A stretch of 64,000 bases of DNA from Candidatus Poribacteria bacterium (lineage in GTDB: Bacteria; Poribacteria; WGA-4E; JAJDTR01): assembly GCA_965220415.1 (NCBI GenBank), contig OZ244829.1:2217209-2281208 (forward strand), read 5' to 3'. Shown here in pieces: positions 48,100-58,487 of the stretch (its first letter is position 1; each line of letters starts with the position of its first letter). The translations under genes and the position numbers were made by a program. The notes under the pieces are model-generated. The model had not been told where the DNA came from and did not search any database. It saw nothing but the letters and a program-made list of their open reading frames with translations.

Positions 48100-48762
48100 A
48101 TGACGCGAGTAGAAGCCTTGCGAATCTTGGGATTGGCGTCCAACGCAACACGCGCCGATGCGAGGAAGGCGCACCGCCAACTCGTCAAGACAGTACACCC
48201 CGACAAGAACCCGGATCCACATGCCAGACACCTTTTTCATCTCGTTCAGGAAGCGTATGAATTGATAAGCACGACCCAAGAACAGGTGTGGGCAGGTGAA
48301 AGAGAAGCAAGAGCGAGGGCAGAGAGAGAATACAAGGAGAGGGAGGCGAGGGCGCGTGCCGAATGGGAAGCTAAGGAAAGAGCCTATCGAGAAAGACGAG
48401 CAAGAGAGGCTAGGAAGAGACAAGCGCGAGAAGCACAGCGGAAATGGGAACGACGACGCGCCGCGGCCGCAACCGGAATTACGGGTGTCATCGGTTGTTC
48501 CTATAAAGTCCCAATGATTGTGATGGCAGTCATTTGTCCCGGCGTATCTATAGTGTTATGTTACATAATAGCCACGGCGTTTCAGTTTAAGTGGATAATT
48601 TCTTTCGCTCCATTAGTAGGCGTTGGATCGCTCATTTTAGCTTATCATTTATGGGAACTTGCCGATAAGCGAGTCAAAGAACATCAGTTGAGAAAATTTG
48701 ACAAGAACCATCCACCGCCATCTAAAGATGCAAAAGAGGAGATGGGAGACAATGCCCTTTAA
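48100..48762 (+). CDS. J-domain (DnaJ-like) protein with charged ER/K-rich linker and two C-terminal TM helices
   Basis: J-domain with HPD (ALRILGL...KAHRQLVKTVHPDKNPDP), a long REAR/KE repeat linker, then two hydrophobic helices. Confidence 0.7.
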   Translation: MTRVEALRILGLASNATRADARKAHRQLVKTVHPDKNPDPHARHLFHLVQEAYELISTTQEQVWAGEREARARAEREYKEREARARAEWEAKERAYRERRAREARKRQAREAQRKWERRRAAAATGITGVIGCSYKVPMIVMAVICPGVSIVLCYIIATAFQFKWIISFAPLVGVGSLILAYHLWELADKRVKEHQLRKFDKNHPPPSKDAKEEMGDNAL

Positions 48763-49006
48763 GAACTTGTTTGAAAATTCATTTTCGGTAAAGTCATTAC
48801 CCTGAAACCGAGGTTTTTTTCTTGAAAACTCGGTTTCTTCCCGAAATCAAAGTTGATTCAAAGTAACGGTTTAATCGACTCATCGCGGGCAACTAAACTC
48901 TGACAATCAAGGTAATCCAATAATCCTATAAATCACAGTTCAGACCATGTGAACTACCTACACCCAACACTTACCGAGTGTACCACTTAGAGAGAAAGAG
49001 ACACCA

Positions 49007-49606
49007 GTGACACGAGTAGAAGCCCTGCGTATCCTGGGATTGGAGTCCAACGCAACACCGGACGACGTGAAAAAGGCTTACCGTCAGCTCGTGAAGGCCG
49101 TACACCCCGACAAGAACTCAGCCCCGAATGCGCGGCATCTCTTTCAACTAGTTCAAGAGGCGTATGAATTTATCTCTGCGGTTGAGCCACTAGAACAAAC
49201 GTGGGAAAATGAAAATACAGCAAGTGACACAAGGGACAGAGCGGGAGAGACTAGGGCACGAACCGCTAGAGAAAGAGCCAATAGAGAAGCCAAGGAAAAA
49301 GCCGCGAAAGAAGCAAAAACACAGTGGGAACGGAAACGACAACGCGCCTCTGCTCCGACCGGACTTTGGGCATTCGGGGGCAGTTGTGTGCTGGTGTTTG
49401 TAGGTTTGTGTTGTGTATCTGGCATATTGGCAATTGTAATAATCGCCGGTGTAGGTGCCTTTTTCGGCCTTAGGGTCGATGAGATACCTTTCATGGGTTT
49501 AACTTTCCTCCTAGTGCCTATCCTGGCCTCCATTTTGACTAGGCTTGTCCATGTGCGGCTGAAGAAGCATCAAATGAGAAAATCTCACAATAGCCATCCT
49601 CGCTAA
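49007..49606 (+). CDS. J-domain membrane protein, tandem paralog of 48100..48762
   Basis: N-terminal 60 aa are ~80% identical to the upstream gene (MTRVEALRILGLESNATPDDVKKAYRQLVKAVHPDKN). Same architecture: HPD, charged linker, two TM helices. Confidence 0.7.
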   Translation: MTRVEALRILGLESNATPDDVKKAYRQLVKAVHPDKNSAPNARHLFQLVQEAYEFISAVEPLEQTWENENTASDTRDRAGETRARTARERANREAKEKAAKEAKTQWERKRQRASAPTGLWAFGGSCVLVFVGLCCVSGILAIVIIAGVGAFFGLRVDEIPFMGLTFLLVPILASILTRLVHVRLKKHQMRKSHNSHPR

Positions 49607-49823
49607 CAAAAGACACTACAATAATATTAGCAGCAACGCTGCTTCATCCGTTGCATCAAGAATAACAATTTGTGTTGTGATTTACACAATAGCTTGATAC
49701 ATGACGTACTCTCCATACGACTTCTGTAAACTTTATTTACCATATACTCGTGCTTGAAAACGATGATTTGCGAAGAACGGAATTTTCTTCTTACCATTCT
49801 TCATTAGCCACCGACCACTGTCA

Positions 49824-51626
49824 ATGACCGACCAAGAGAGAATTAGAAACTACTGTATTCTGGGCCATATCGATCACGGCAAGAGTACACTGAGTGATCG
49901 TCTGCTCGAATACACCGGCACCCTAACGCAACGCGAGATGCGAGATCAGGTGCTAGATCAGATGGATCTGGAGCGAGAACGCGGTATCACCATCAAAGCT
50001 ACGGTGGTCAAACTCGAATACCGCGCCAAGGACGGGCACATCTACGAACTCAATCTGATCGACACACCGGGGCACGTCGATTTTACCTATGAGGTCTCAC
50101 GAAGCCTCGCGGCGTGCGAAGGAGCCGTTCTCATCGTTGACGCGGCACAGGGGGTGGAGGCGCAAACGCTTGCAAACGCTTATCTGGCGGTGAATCACGA
50201 CCTCGAAATCGTCCCCGTCATCAACAAAATCGACTTGCCGACTGCTCGTCCGGATGAGGTGAAGGAACAAATAGAAGATATTGTCGGTCTTCCTGCGGCG
50301 GATGCACTTCTGGTAAGCGCGAAAGAGGGACTGGGAATTACCGAGATATTGGAAGCCATTGTGACCCGCATCCCGCATCCCGGTGGAAAAAGGGATGAGC
50401 CGCTCAAGGCGCTGGTTATCGACTCGATGTACGATAACTATCGAGGCGTCATTATGTACGTCCGCGTTTTCGACAACACCATAAAACCGGGCGACAAGAT
50501 ACAACTGATGGCAACTGGCAAGATATTTGACGTGGAGGAGGTAGGGGTCTTTTTGCCAACCATGACGCCGGTCGACCAACTCGATACCGGCAGCGTTGGA
50601 TACCTAATCGCCGGCGTCAGAGAGATTGCGACCGCCAAGATTGGCGACACCGTAACGCACGCCAGTCGCCCAACATCCAGCCCGTTGCCGGGATATCGGG
50701 AGATGAAGCCGCTTGTCTTCTGCGGACTCTATCCGGCGGACACAAGCGATTTCATTACGTTACGCGAGGCTTTAGAGAAACTCAAACTCAACGACACCTC
50801 CTTTAACTTTGAGCCGGAGACCTCCGTTGCACTTGGATTTGGGTTCCGCTGCGGTTTCTTGGGACTGTTGCACATGGAGGTAATTCAGGAACGGCTTGAG
50901 CGTGAGTTCGGTTTGTCTCTTATCCGAACCGTTCCAAGTGTCAAATACCACATATACACTACGGACGGGAACCGCCACGAAGTTGACAATCCCGCCCACG
51001 TGCCGCCGCGTGACAAAATCGATTACATTCAGGAACCTCATATCACTGCCGATATTATTGTTCCGAGGGACTACATCGGGAATGTGATGGATATCTGTCA
51101 AAAGCGCCGCGGTGCGTTTATTCGGATGAATCAGCTCGATGAAACACGGGTGCAGGTTATTTACGATCTCCCGCTAAGCGAAATACTGGTAGACTTCTAT
51201 GATAAATTGAAATCGGTGACGCGCGGATACGGTTCGCTCGAATACGAGATTGGCGAGTATAAAACGGCGAATCTCGTCAAATTAGACATTTTGCTCAACG
51301 GCAAGTCGGTGGACGCGCTCTCAAGCATTCTTCACCGAGATATGGCATATTCGCGCGGGAAGACATGTATCGACAAACTACTCGAGTTGATCCCGCGCCA
51401 GATGTTCGAGATTCCGATTCAAGCCGCAATCGGAAACAAAATTATCTCACGCGAGACCGTGCGTCCCTTGCGAAAGAACGTCACCGGCAAGTGTTACGGG
51501 GGTGACATCACAAGAAAGCGAAAACTGCTGGAACAACAAAAGGAAGGCAAGAAACGCATGAAACAGATTGGCAATGTTGAGGTGCCTCAAGAGGCTTTCA
51601 TGGCGGTTTTATCAGTAGACGATTGA
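49824..51626 (+). CDS. lepA: Elongation factor 4 (LepA)
   Basis: GTPase G1 [10 protein letters not shown]3 DTPGHVDF, G4 NKID, and the LepA-specific C-terminal domain; 600 aa. Confidence 0.95.
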   Translation: MTDQERIRNYCILGHIDHGKSTLSDRLLEYTGTLTQREMRDQVLDQMDLERERGITIKATVVKLEYRAKDGHIYELNLIDTPGHVDFTYEVSRSLAACEGAVLIVDAAQGVEAQTLANAYLAVNHDLEIVPVINKIDLPTARPDEVKEQIEDIVGLPAADALLVSAKEGLGITEILEAIVTRIPHPGGKRDEPLKALVIDSMYDNYRGVIMYVRVFDNTIKPGDKIQLMATGKIFDVEEVGVFLPTMTPVDQLDTGSVGYLIAGVREIATAKIGDTVTHASRPTSSPLPGYREMKPLVFCGLYPADTSDFITLREALEKLKLNDTSFNFEPETSVALGFGFRCGFLGLLHMEVIQERLEREFGLSLIRTVPSVKYHIYTTDGNRHEVDNPAHVPPRDKIDYIQEPHITADIIVPRDYIGNVMDICQKRRGAFIRMNQLDETRVQVIYDLPLSEILVDFYDKLKSVTRGYGSLEYEIGEYKTANLVKLDILLNGKSVDALSSILHRDMAYSRGKTCIDKLLELIPRQMFEIPIQAAIGNKIISRETVRPLRKNVTGKCYGGDITRKRKLLEQQKEGKKRMKQIGNVEVPQEAFMAVLSVDD

Positions 51627-51786
51627 GCTCTAGATTGGGATACCGATTGCCGACAAGTCTCAAGAATGAACTATACAGATTACGGATGGTGTGGAACGGA
51701 ATCTTTCAACCGTTCACTCTCCCAGCCTTTCAACCCTATTCTCCGGCGTCGCGCCAGAAAACAGATAGTGGAAAGTATTCCTACAT

Positions 51787-51960
51787 AAGTTATATACTCC
51801 GCGCTGCTGAGAATTGCTTATTTTGTAGGAGCGATCTCCAGGTCGCGACTCTTGTACGAGGGAACTCCGATTCCCGACCTGATGGTACTACGTAAGTCCT
51901 ATTAGAAACAACTATCACTGGAAAAGAAAGCGCAATAATACCCAACGCAAGGTATATATC
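51787..51960. repeat. MITE/REP-like element, family 1 copy C (modules 1+3)
   Basis: TATACTCCGCGCTGCTGAGAATTGCTTATTTTGTAGGAGCGATCTCCAGGTCGCGAC...CCCAACGCAAGGTATAT; the ends are imperfect inverted repeats (TATACTCCGCG / CGCAAGGTATA). Confidence 0.6.
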
Positions 51961-52141
51961 TCTGAGATCTCTAGCGGAATCGAGATCTGGAGATCACTCT
52001 CACTCAACCTCGCATTCTGATATGCTTTTTTCGAAACTGTTTAGCCCTTGATTTCTGGAGTCGAGCACTATGGATCTACACGGTCTTTTTTGCCATTTTC
52101 TAGGCGCACCTTGTGTGAATACCCATTTTTCCGGTTTGTAG

Positions 52142-52240
52142 TAGGGATCAAGCGAGTGGACAGCGAGCGATCAACTGACTGATTAAGGAAGGCGATAGAG
52201 ATCCCGTAGAGATCCACTAATCACTAGCCACTAAACACTT
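52142..52240. repeat. Solo copy of dispersed-repeat module 2 (GGGATCAAGCGAGTGGA...GCGATAGAGATCCC)
   Basis: Shares the GATCAAGCGAGTG and GCGATAGAGATCCC blocks with the copies listed for 18760-18960. Confidence 0.4.
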
Positions 52241-52273
52241 CCCTTTTTTCTTAGTATTGGAGGCCATGCATTC

Positions 52274-53074
52274 ATGAACACACCCCAAATTGACGCAGCC
52301 GAGCAGCTAAGCCGCTGGCAAAGATTCCAAAACACTGTTGTATGGGAATACATACAAGTTGCCGTTGTTGCTTTTGTGCTTGTCTTTGGGTTTATCCGCC
52401 CCTTTATAATCGAACCGTTCAAAATCCCATCCGGCTCCATGGAGAATACGCTACTCATCGGGGATCGCATCCTCGTCTGTAAGTTCATCTACGGTATTAA
52501 GATTCCAGGTACCGATATCAAACTCTTCGACTTTCATAAGCCCGCCCGCGGAGATGTGTTCGTATTTATTCCGCCGCATGAAAAGGCGAAGAACTTCATC
52601 AAACGCGCCGTTGCCATTGAAGGAGATACCGTGGAAACGAAGGAGGATACTCTTCGTGTGAATGGTAAAACGATTGATGACAGAAACTATACCAAACATC
52701 TGGCCTTCCCATATCATAGGCGTGATTTCCCGCCCTTCCTCAGACCACAGTATGTTCCTGACGGAGACGCGTTTGCCGATTTCAAGATTTCGCGGGATCG
52801 ATTCTACCGCAAGTTTCCGGACGGCAAGCCGTTCTCGGTTCCCGAAGGTTTCGTTTTTGCGATGGGCGACAATCGAGATCAGAGCAGCGATAGCAGAACA
52901 TGGGGACCCGCCATGCTCGACGACGTCAAGGGACAAGCGTTTATGGTCTATTGGTCGTACGACAGCATCAGCCGGCGTAGTAAACCGTGGGCAATCTGGG
53001 AGATTCCAAAGAGAATCCGATTCAATCGTATCGGCAAGTTAATCCGCTCAGAATTCGATGGAAGTCAAGAGTGA
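52274..53074 (+). CDS. lepB: Signal peptidase I
   Basis: Catalytic Ser motif IPSGSMENTL, Lys region, and GDNRDQSSDSR box E; N-terminal TM anchor; GGAGG RBS. Confidence 0.9.
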   Translation: MNTPQIDAAEQLSRWQRFQNTVVWEYIQVAVVAFVLVFGFIRPFIIEPFKIPSGSMENTLLIGDRILVCKFIYGIKIPGTDIKLFDFHKPARGDVFVFIPPHEKAKNFIKRAVAIEGDTVETKEDTLRVNGKTIDDRNYTKHLAFPYHRRDFPPFLRPQYVPDGDAFADFKISRDRFYRKFPDGKPFSVPEGFVFAMGDNRDQSSDSRTWGPAMLDDVKGQAFMVYWSYDSISRRSKPWAIWEIPKRIRFNRIGKLIRSEFDGSQE

Positions 53075-53095
53075 CGTGCGAAAGGCAGCTCTGAG

Positions 53096-54196
53096 TTGTC
53101 CTTGCAAATTCGTTTAGATCATATTGTCAAAACATTCGATACTACGAAGGCGGTCAATGATGTCTGTCTTGAGATTGCGGAAGGCGAGCTATTTTTCCTT
53201 CTAGGTCCCTCGGGATGCGGCAAGACGACATGTCTGCGGATAATCGCCGGTTTCTATCAGCCCGATGCCGGCCGATTAATGTTCGGCGATCGCGTCATGA
53301 ATGATGTGCCGCCGCATAAACGGAACACGGGAATGGTCTTCCAGAATTATGCGCTGTGGCCGCACATGACCGTGTACGAGAACATTGCATACGGTCTGGT
53401 GCTCCGCAAGGTTGACAAGGAGACGCGAGAAAAGCGCGTAGCGCAGGCGCTTGAGATGGCACAGATGCCGGAGTACGCTGATCGCCCCGTGAACAAGCTA
53501 TCCGGCGGACAGCAACAACGAATCGCGCTGGCACGCGCGTTGGTCATTGAGCCAAGCGTGCTGCTGCTTGACGAACCCTTGAGCAACCTTGACGCTCAGT
53601 TACGCCTCGAAATGCGCCACGAGATTAAACAGATTCACTCGCGCTCCCGAACTACAGCCGTCTATGTCACCCACGATCAAGCCGAGGCACTCTCTCTTGC
53701 GGACCGTATGGCAATCATGAAAGACGGCGAAATCGTGCAGGTGGGTACACCACGCGAAATCTACCGTTTCCCCGCCAACGCATTTGTCGCCAGTTTCGTC
53801 GGCGAGACCAACTTCATCAGTGGCAAGATTCGCTCCCTGTCCAACGGGTCGGCTGAGATTGATACACCGATTGGTACTCTTCACTCCGCGTCCGTCTACC
53901 ATAACTTTGCCGTAGGTGAAGAAGCAAACTGCTCAGTTCGTCCCGAGGCGATAAACTCAGCCGAGAACATCCCGCCGACCACGCCCAATCAGTATCATGC
54001 CAAGGTGCTTGATGCAACCTATCTTGGGCGCGTCGAGGAATACCAACTCTCAATCACCGACCATGTCAGAATCAAAGCCGTGCTTCACAACCCCGGCACC
54101 TCTGGTAAACAGACGGGCGATGCGCTTCAGTTTTGGATTCATCCTGAAGATGTTGTTCCGCTGCCCGCTCGCGACTCGCATCAACAGACAGGGTAA
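53096..54196 (+). CDS. ABC importer ATP-binding subunit with C-terminal TOBE domain (PotA/ModC/FbpC-like)
   Basis: Walker A GPSGCGKTT, signature LSGGQQQRIALARAL, Walker B LLLDEPLSNLD, then a ~120-aa TOBE/MOP-like C-terminus. TTG start. Confidence 0.85.
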   Translation: MSLQIRLDHIVKTFDTTKAVNDVCLEIAEGELFFLLGPSGCGKTTCLRIIAGFYQPDAGRLMFGDRVMNDVPPHKRNTGMVFQNYALWPHMTVYENIAYGLVLRKVDKETREKRVAQALEMAQMPEYADRPVNKLSGGQQQRIALARALVIEPSVLLLDEPLSNLDAQLRLEMRHEIKQIHSRSRTTAVYVTHDQAEALSLADRMAIMKDGEIVQVGTPREIYRFPANAFVASFVGETNFISGKIRSLSNGSAEIDTPIGTLHSASVYHNFAVGEEANCSVRPEAINSAENIPPTTPNQYHAKVLDATYLGRVEEYQLSITDHVRIKAVLHNPGTSGKQTGDALQFWIHPEDVVPLPARDSHQQTG

Positions 54197-54379
54197 AAGT
54201 ATCTGCTTTCAATTCAAATATAACCTTCTCGGAACGTTCCATCCTACGTTCGCGTTAAACCTGTCGTACCCCGCAACAGCATGAGGTGTATACGCCAATC
54301 TATCCATTCAAGCACAAATGACCACGGAGGCAAGCTCATCAGTCCGCGTCATTAAGCCGCACATTGAGGAGAACCGGTC

Positions 54380-57300
54380 GTGCAATACACGCCAAATCAG
54401 AAGAAAGCCCACGACTTGAATCGGCATATCGGTGTAACAGCCGGAGCGGGATCTGGGAAAACCGAGGTGTTGGCAAACCGTTACCTCAAAATTCTGCTGG
54501 AATCCGATGTCTCCGTGCGAGGTGTCGTTGCCATTACCTTCACGGAGAAAGCCGCCGCCGAACTCAAAGTGCGCGTGCTAAAAAAGATCGACGAGAAGAC
54601 TGCCTCAAGCGCCGGGAACGATCGGTTGCTGGCGAAATTGGAAGCCATCCGTGAAGAATTCACCGCAGCACCCATCTCGACTATTCACGAGTTCTGTGCG
54701 CGAATCTTGCGGCAATATCCGGTTAAAGGCATCGGCTCAGGATTCGACATTTTGCAGGGAGTCGACCAATGGCTGGTTCTTCGGGACACGGTCGATTCAA
54801 CGCTGAGATCAATTGCCAATCGTCCACGGGGAGATGAAACGCGGGAAAAGCTTGCCAATCTGCTGCGAATGTTCGGTCGGAGGAAACTTGAGGGGATCCT
54901 CAATAAACTTTTGAACAATCGTGATGCGACCAATAACTTGCTTAAATCCTTGTACCGTGAATCGGACGATCAAATCATGGCAGCGTGGAAGGAATTTCTA
55001 GGTGCGGAATTAGGACGAAGCTTGAGAGAGCAATTTCCGGTTGACCGATGGGTGAAATCTCTAAACGCCGCTCTAGGTATTGCGACAGGGAAAAATGCGT
55101 CCAAAGTCAGAGATTTGACGAAGCAGCTTCAGAACACGGGAAACACGATAGCCTCACTGCCGATTCTTTCCGAGATTTCCCTCTTAATCTTGACCCGGGC
55201 CGGGGATATTGCCAAACAGAATTTCATTGGCAGAAGGATTGATACCACCGCGGTTGAAGCCGACATCAAGTTCCTCACCGAAGCGGCGCAACATTTCCAG
55301 TCTTTTCCCTCCCTCACCGAGGACGATGCTTTTCTCATCCGCGTCACATATCCGCTGTTAGCTATCTATGATCTGATACACGAGCAATACACGAATTACA
55401 AACTGATACAGGGCGCATTAGATTTCGAGGACCTTCAAATCGAGGTCAAGAATCTGTTGGGTGATGACAAAATCCGCAGCCGCCTTGCTCGTCAATATTC
55501 CCATATCATGATAGATGAATATCAGGACACCAACGGTTTGCAGTACGATATAATCAAGCCGTTAGTCTCCGGCTTTGCATCGGGCAATCTGTTCATCGTT
55601 GGCGATCGAAAACAAAGCATTTATGGCTTTCGCGGCGCGGATGTACGAACATTCCGCCAAACCTTGACGGGCATGAGCGCGTACCAGTCCGGAAACACCG
55701 ATGATTTTGTGTGGGAGACGGAAACCCTTCAAGCGGAGAAATCGGAGAAGCAAGGCGATATTCATCTCCCGGAGGCTTTTCGTTTCCTACGGAACCTTGT
55801 CGGTTTTGTCAATTTGGTCTTTGGGAGGATTATGGGGGATGGCAATCTCAATGAGTTTGAAGTGGCGTATGAACCGCTGATTATGGGCAGGAAAAACGAG
55901 GCGCCCGGCGACGTAGAATTAATCATCGGACGAGAGCTAGGGGCACAAGAAAACGAGCTAATTGCCTCACGTATCCGCCACTTGATTCAGTCCAACGAAC
56001 TCGTCCGGGATCGCGATACCGAAGAACCGCGTCCAATGCGATACAGCGACATCGCTATCCTCATCAGGAGCCGCACCCGACTCCCGGATATCGAGTCTGC
56101 ACTAATCAAAGCGAGGATTCCATATTGCGTCACGAGCGGAATTGGGTTTTATCAGCGGCAGGAAATCTATGATATATGGAATTACCTGCAATTTCTCGAA
56201 GATCCAACCAATGATGTAGCGTTGATTGGAATCCTGCGAGGACCGTTTTTCAGTATCTCCGATGTGGAATTATTTGAAATCTCACAACATTCCAATCAGG
56301 ATTCATTTTGGGAAGGGGTCAAGAACTACGCAGCAGAAAGCGGCACATCCGCGACGGATGGCGATAACCACAGCCAAGTACAGGATTCTAGAGGGCAGTT
56401 CGAGGCGAAGGCTTCAGACTTTCTCCTATGCGCCTGTGAGACTTTGGAAAAACATCTGAAAATTTGCGGCCGTTTGCCCATCGCGACATTCATCCGTCGG
56501 ATAATCAATGATACGGGTATGGTTGGAACGCTGTCCGTGGGGCTTTCCGGCGGACAGCGATGGGCAAATTTTGAAAAACTGTTGGCTATGGCGCGCGACT
56601 TTGACAAATCGGAATTTTCCGAACTTTCCGATTTCATAGAACGGTTGAATCTGTTGATTGAAGAGGAGGACCGCGAAGGTCAGGCAAGGATTGAGTCTTC
56701 AGAGGATGTCGTTCAAGTGATGACCAGCCACGCCGCGAAAGGGCTGGAGTTTCCGGTTGTTATCCTCCCTTACCTAAGTAGAAAATTCAAATTTGACCAA
56801 GATCCGTTCATCGACGAGGATATAGGCATCGGTTTCAGTCCGGCAAAGCCCGACAAGAACTACGAGGGCAGTAACCCATCAATTGCCAAAGTCATGAAAA
56901 AGCGCCAGGAACAAAAAACTGTCGCCGAGGAAAAGAGACTCTTTTATGTGGCGGCAACGCGAGCTCGCGACAGACTCATCCTCTCGGGATCCGTCGGTTT
57001 AAGCGGTGAACCACCTAGAAATTGTTGGTTCAATTGGATGCTAAACGCTCTCGAACTGACAGAGGCGCCTAACGAATCTCGGATTGAATTCCCCGTGACG
57101 ATTGAAACCTTTACTGAAAACTCGCGAACGCCAATTTCGTTCAATCTTCCCATCCGACTATTCCATTCCACCGAGGAGATGAATCTCCCAAGCGAAACAC
57201 CGACACTTTCGAAACCTCCAGCCGACTTTCCCGAGATTTACATAGAGCCGCTGGAAAGTACGTCGGCAGGCGAAAATCTGGCTGTCCCGCAACTATTGAG

Positions 57301-58003
57301 CTATATCCACTGTCCCACGAAGTTCTACCTTAAACATCGCCTCGGTCTACCGGACACAAATGTCCTCGTCCCGGAGGAAAACCATTCGAATCTGCAAGAT
57401 TTCGCAATTCGCAGCGTACTTGGTCAAATTAGAACACATGCGGATCGCAATCGCGATCTGGGCAAGTTAATCAACACTGCCGTGAAATCCGTGTCAGACG
57501 AGTTCGCTGAAAATGGTGTGGCTCTCCACGTGAAACACTTCTTGGATTCCGAGTTAGGGAAGTTGGCGTTAGCCGCCAACGAAAGCTGCTGCGAACAAGA
57601 GATTCACGCGCTGTTCGATAATCACGTTATCTATGGTGTAGTAGACCGTCTCTTCAAAGGCTCGGATGGGCTATGGCAAATTATCGACTATGAAACCAAT
57701 CAATTCGACTCGTCAGAGATTGAAACGTGGATAGACTTCTACCGTCCGAAGGTCGAATTGTGCACGCTGCTGGTTCATCGGCTTTACCCGGAACAGCAGG
57801 TGATACCGGCAACAATTTTCTTTACCTCGATCGCCGAAGCTCATTCGATGAACCTGACCCTGGACAACTTAGAACATCTGGAACAGCAGTGGATTGAGAG
57901 AATCGAAGTCATTCAGACGGGGAAATTCGAGAAAAACACGGGGCACTGTCCGCATTGCCCCTACTTCGTAGAAGAGCAGTGCCTGTTCCCGGATCCGGAA
58001 TAG
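54380..58003 (+). CDS. UvrD/Rep-family helicase fused to C-terminal RecB/AddB/Cas4-type PD-(D/E)xK nuclease with 4-Cys Fe-S cluster
   Basis: Walker A GAGSGKTE, helicase motifs (DEYQDTN, VGDRKQSIYGFRGAD, TSHAAKGLEFPVV, YVAATRARDRL). The C-terminal domain has YIHCP...C and terminal GHCPHCPYFVEEQC cysteines plus a D-x(n)-E-x-K core. Confidence 0.85.
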   Translation: MQYTPNQKKAHDLNRHIGVTAGAGSGKTEVLANRYLKILLESDVSVRGVVAITFTEKAAAELKVRVLKKIDEKTASSAGNDRLLAKLEAIREEFTAAPISTIHEFCARILRQYPVKGIGSGFDILQGVDQWLVLRDTVDSTLRSIANRPRGDETREKLANLLRMFGRRKLEGILNKLLNNRDATNNLLKSLYRESDDQIMAAWKEFLGAELGRSLREQFPVDRWVKSLNAALGIATGKNASKVRDLTKQLQNTGNTIASLPILSEISLLILTRAGDIAKQNFIGRRIDTTAVEADIKFLTEAAQHFQSFPSLTEDDAFLIRVTYPLLAIYDLIHEQYTNYKLIQGALDFEDLQIEVKNLLGDDKIRSRLARQYSHIMIDEYQDTNGLQYDIIKPLVSGFASGNLFIVGDRKQSIYGFRGADVRTFRQTLTGMSAYQSGNTDDFVWETETLQAEKSEKQGDIHLPEAFRFLRNLVGFVNLVFGRIMGDGNLNEFEVAYEPLIMGRKNEAPGDVELIIGRELGAQENELIASRIRHLIQSNELVRDRDTEEPRPMRYSDIAILIRSRTRLPDIESALIKARIPYCVTSGIGFYQRQEIYDIWNYLQFLEDPTNDVALIGILRGPFFSISDVELFEISQHSNQDSFWEGVKNYAAESGTSATDGDNHSQVQDSRGQFEAKASDFLLCACETLEKHLKICGRLPIATFIRRIINDTGMVGTLSVGLSGGQRWANFEKLLAMARDFDKSEFSELSDFIERLNLLIEEEDREGQARIESSEDVVQVMTSHAAKGLEFPVVILPYLSRKFKFDQDPFIDEDIGIGFSPAKPDKNYEGSNPSIAKVMKKRQEQKTVAEEKRLFYVAATRARDRLILSGSVGLSGEPPRNCWFNWMLNALELTEAPNESRIEFPVTIETFTENSRTPISFNLPIRLFHSTEEMNLPSETPTLSKPPADFPEIYIEPLESTSAGENLAVPQLLSYIHCPTKFYLKHRLGLPDTNVLVPEENHSNLQDFAIRSVLGQIRTHADRNRDLGKLINTAVKSVSDEFAENGVALHVKHFLDSELGKLALAANESCCEQEIHALFDNHVIYGVVDRLFKGSDGLWQIIDYETNQFDSSEIETWIDFYRPKVELCTLLVHRLYPEQQVIPATIFFTSIAEAHSMNLTLDNLEHLEQQWIERIEVIQTGKFEKNTGHCPHCPYFVEEQCLFPDPE

Positions 58004-58012
58004 TTGGCCGGA

Positions 58013-58283
58013 TTTATACTCCGCACTGTCAGAAATTGCGTCTTCTGTAGGATCGAGCGAGTGAATAGCGATCAAGTGACTGAATATGGAACGATCAACC
58101 GAATGAATAATGAGGGCGATAGAACTCCCATAGTAGATCCCGTGCGATAGAAATCCCGCGATCTCAAGGTCGCGACCCTTGTACGAGGGAACTCCGATTC
58201 CCGACCTAATGGTGCTACGTAAGTCCTATTAGAAACAATTATCACTGGAAAAGAAAGCGCAATAATACCCAACGCAAAGTATA
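58013..58283. repeat. MITE/REP-like element, family 1 copy E (modules 1+2+3; module 2 nested between TGTAGGA and GCGATCTC)
   Basis: Same ends as copies C/D (TATACTCCGCACTGTCAG ... CGCAAAGTATAGG), with a ~115-bp module-2 block inserted exactly where the short form reads TGTAGGAGCGATCTCCAGGTCGCGAC. Confidence 0.6.
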
Positions 58284-58487
58284 GGAATCGGATGTCTCGG
58301 TTCGTAGTCGCCTTGGGAAGAGACGGCTTCCGATTGACTCCTCCCAGTCCAGACTGTATACTTCGGAAGTTGGTAGGGAGCTAACAGTTGGCGAGTATCT
58401 TTGATGCAATGATTGAAGACCCGCTGCGAGCCGCAGCGCGTACATCCCATTAACCATCAAATCAGTACAACTTTACGAGGAGTATAC

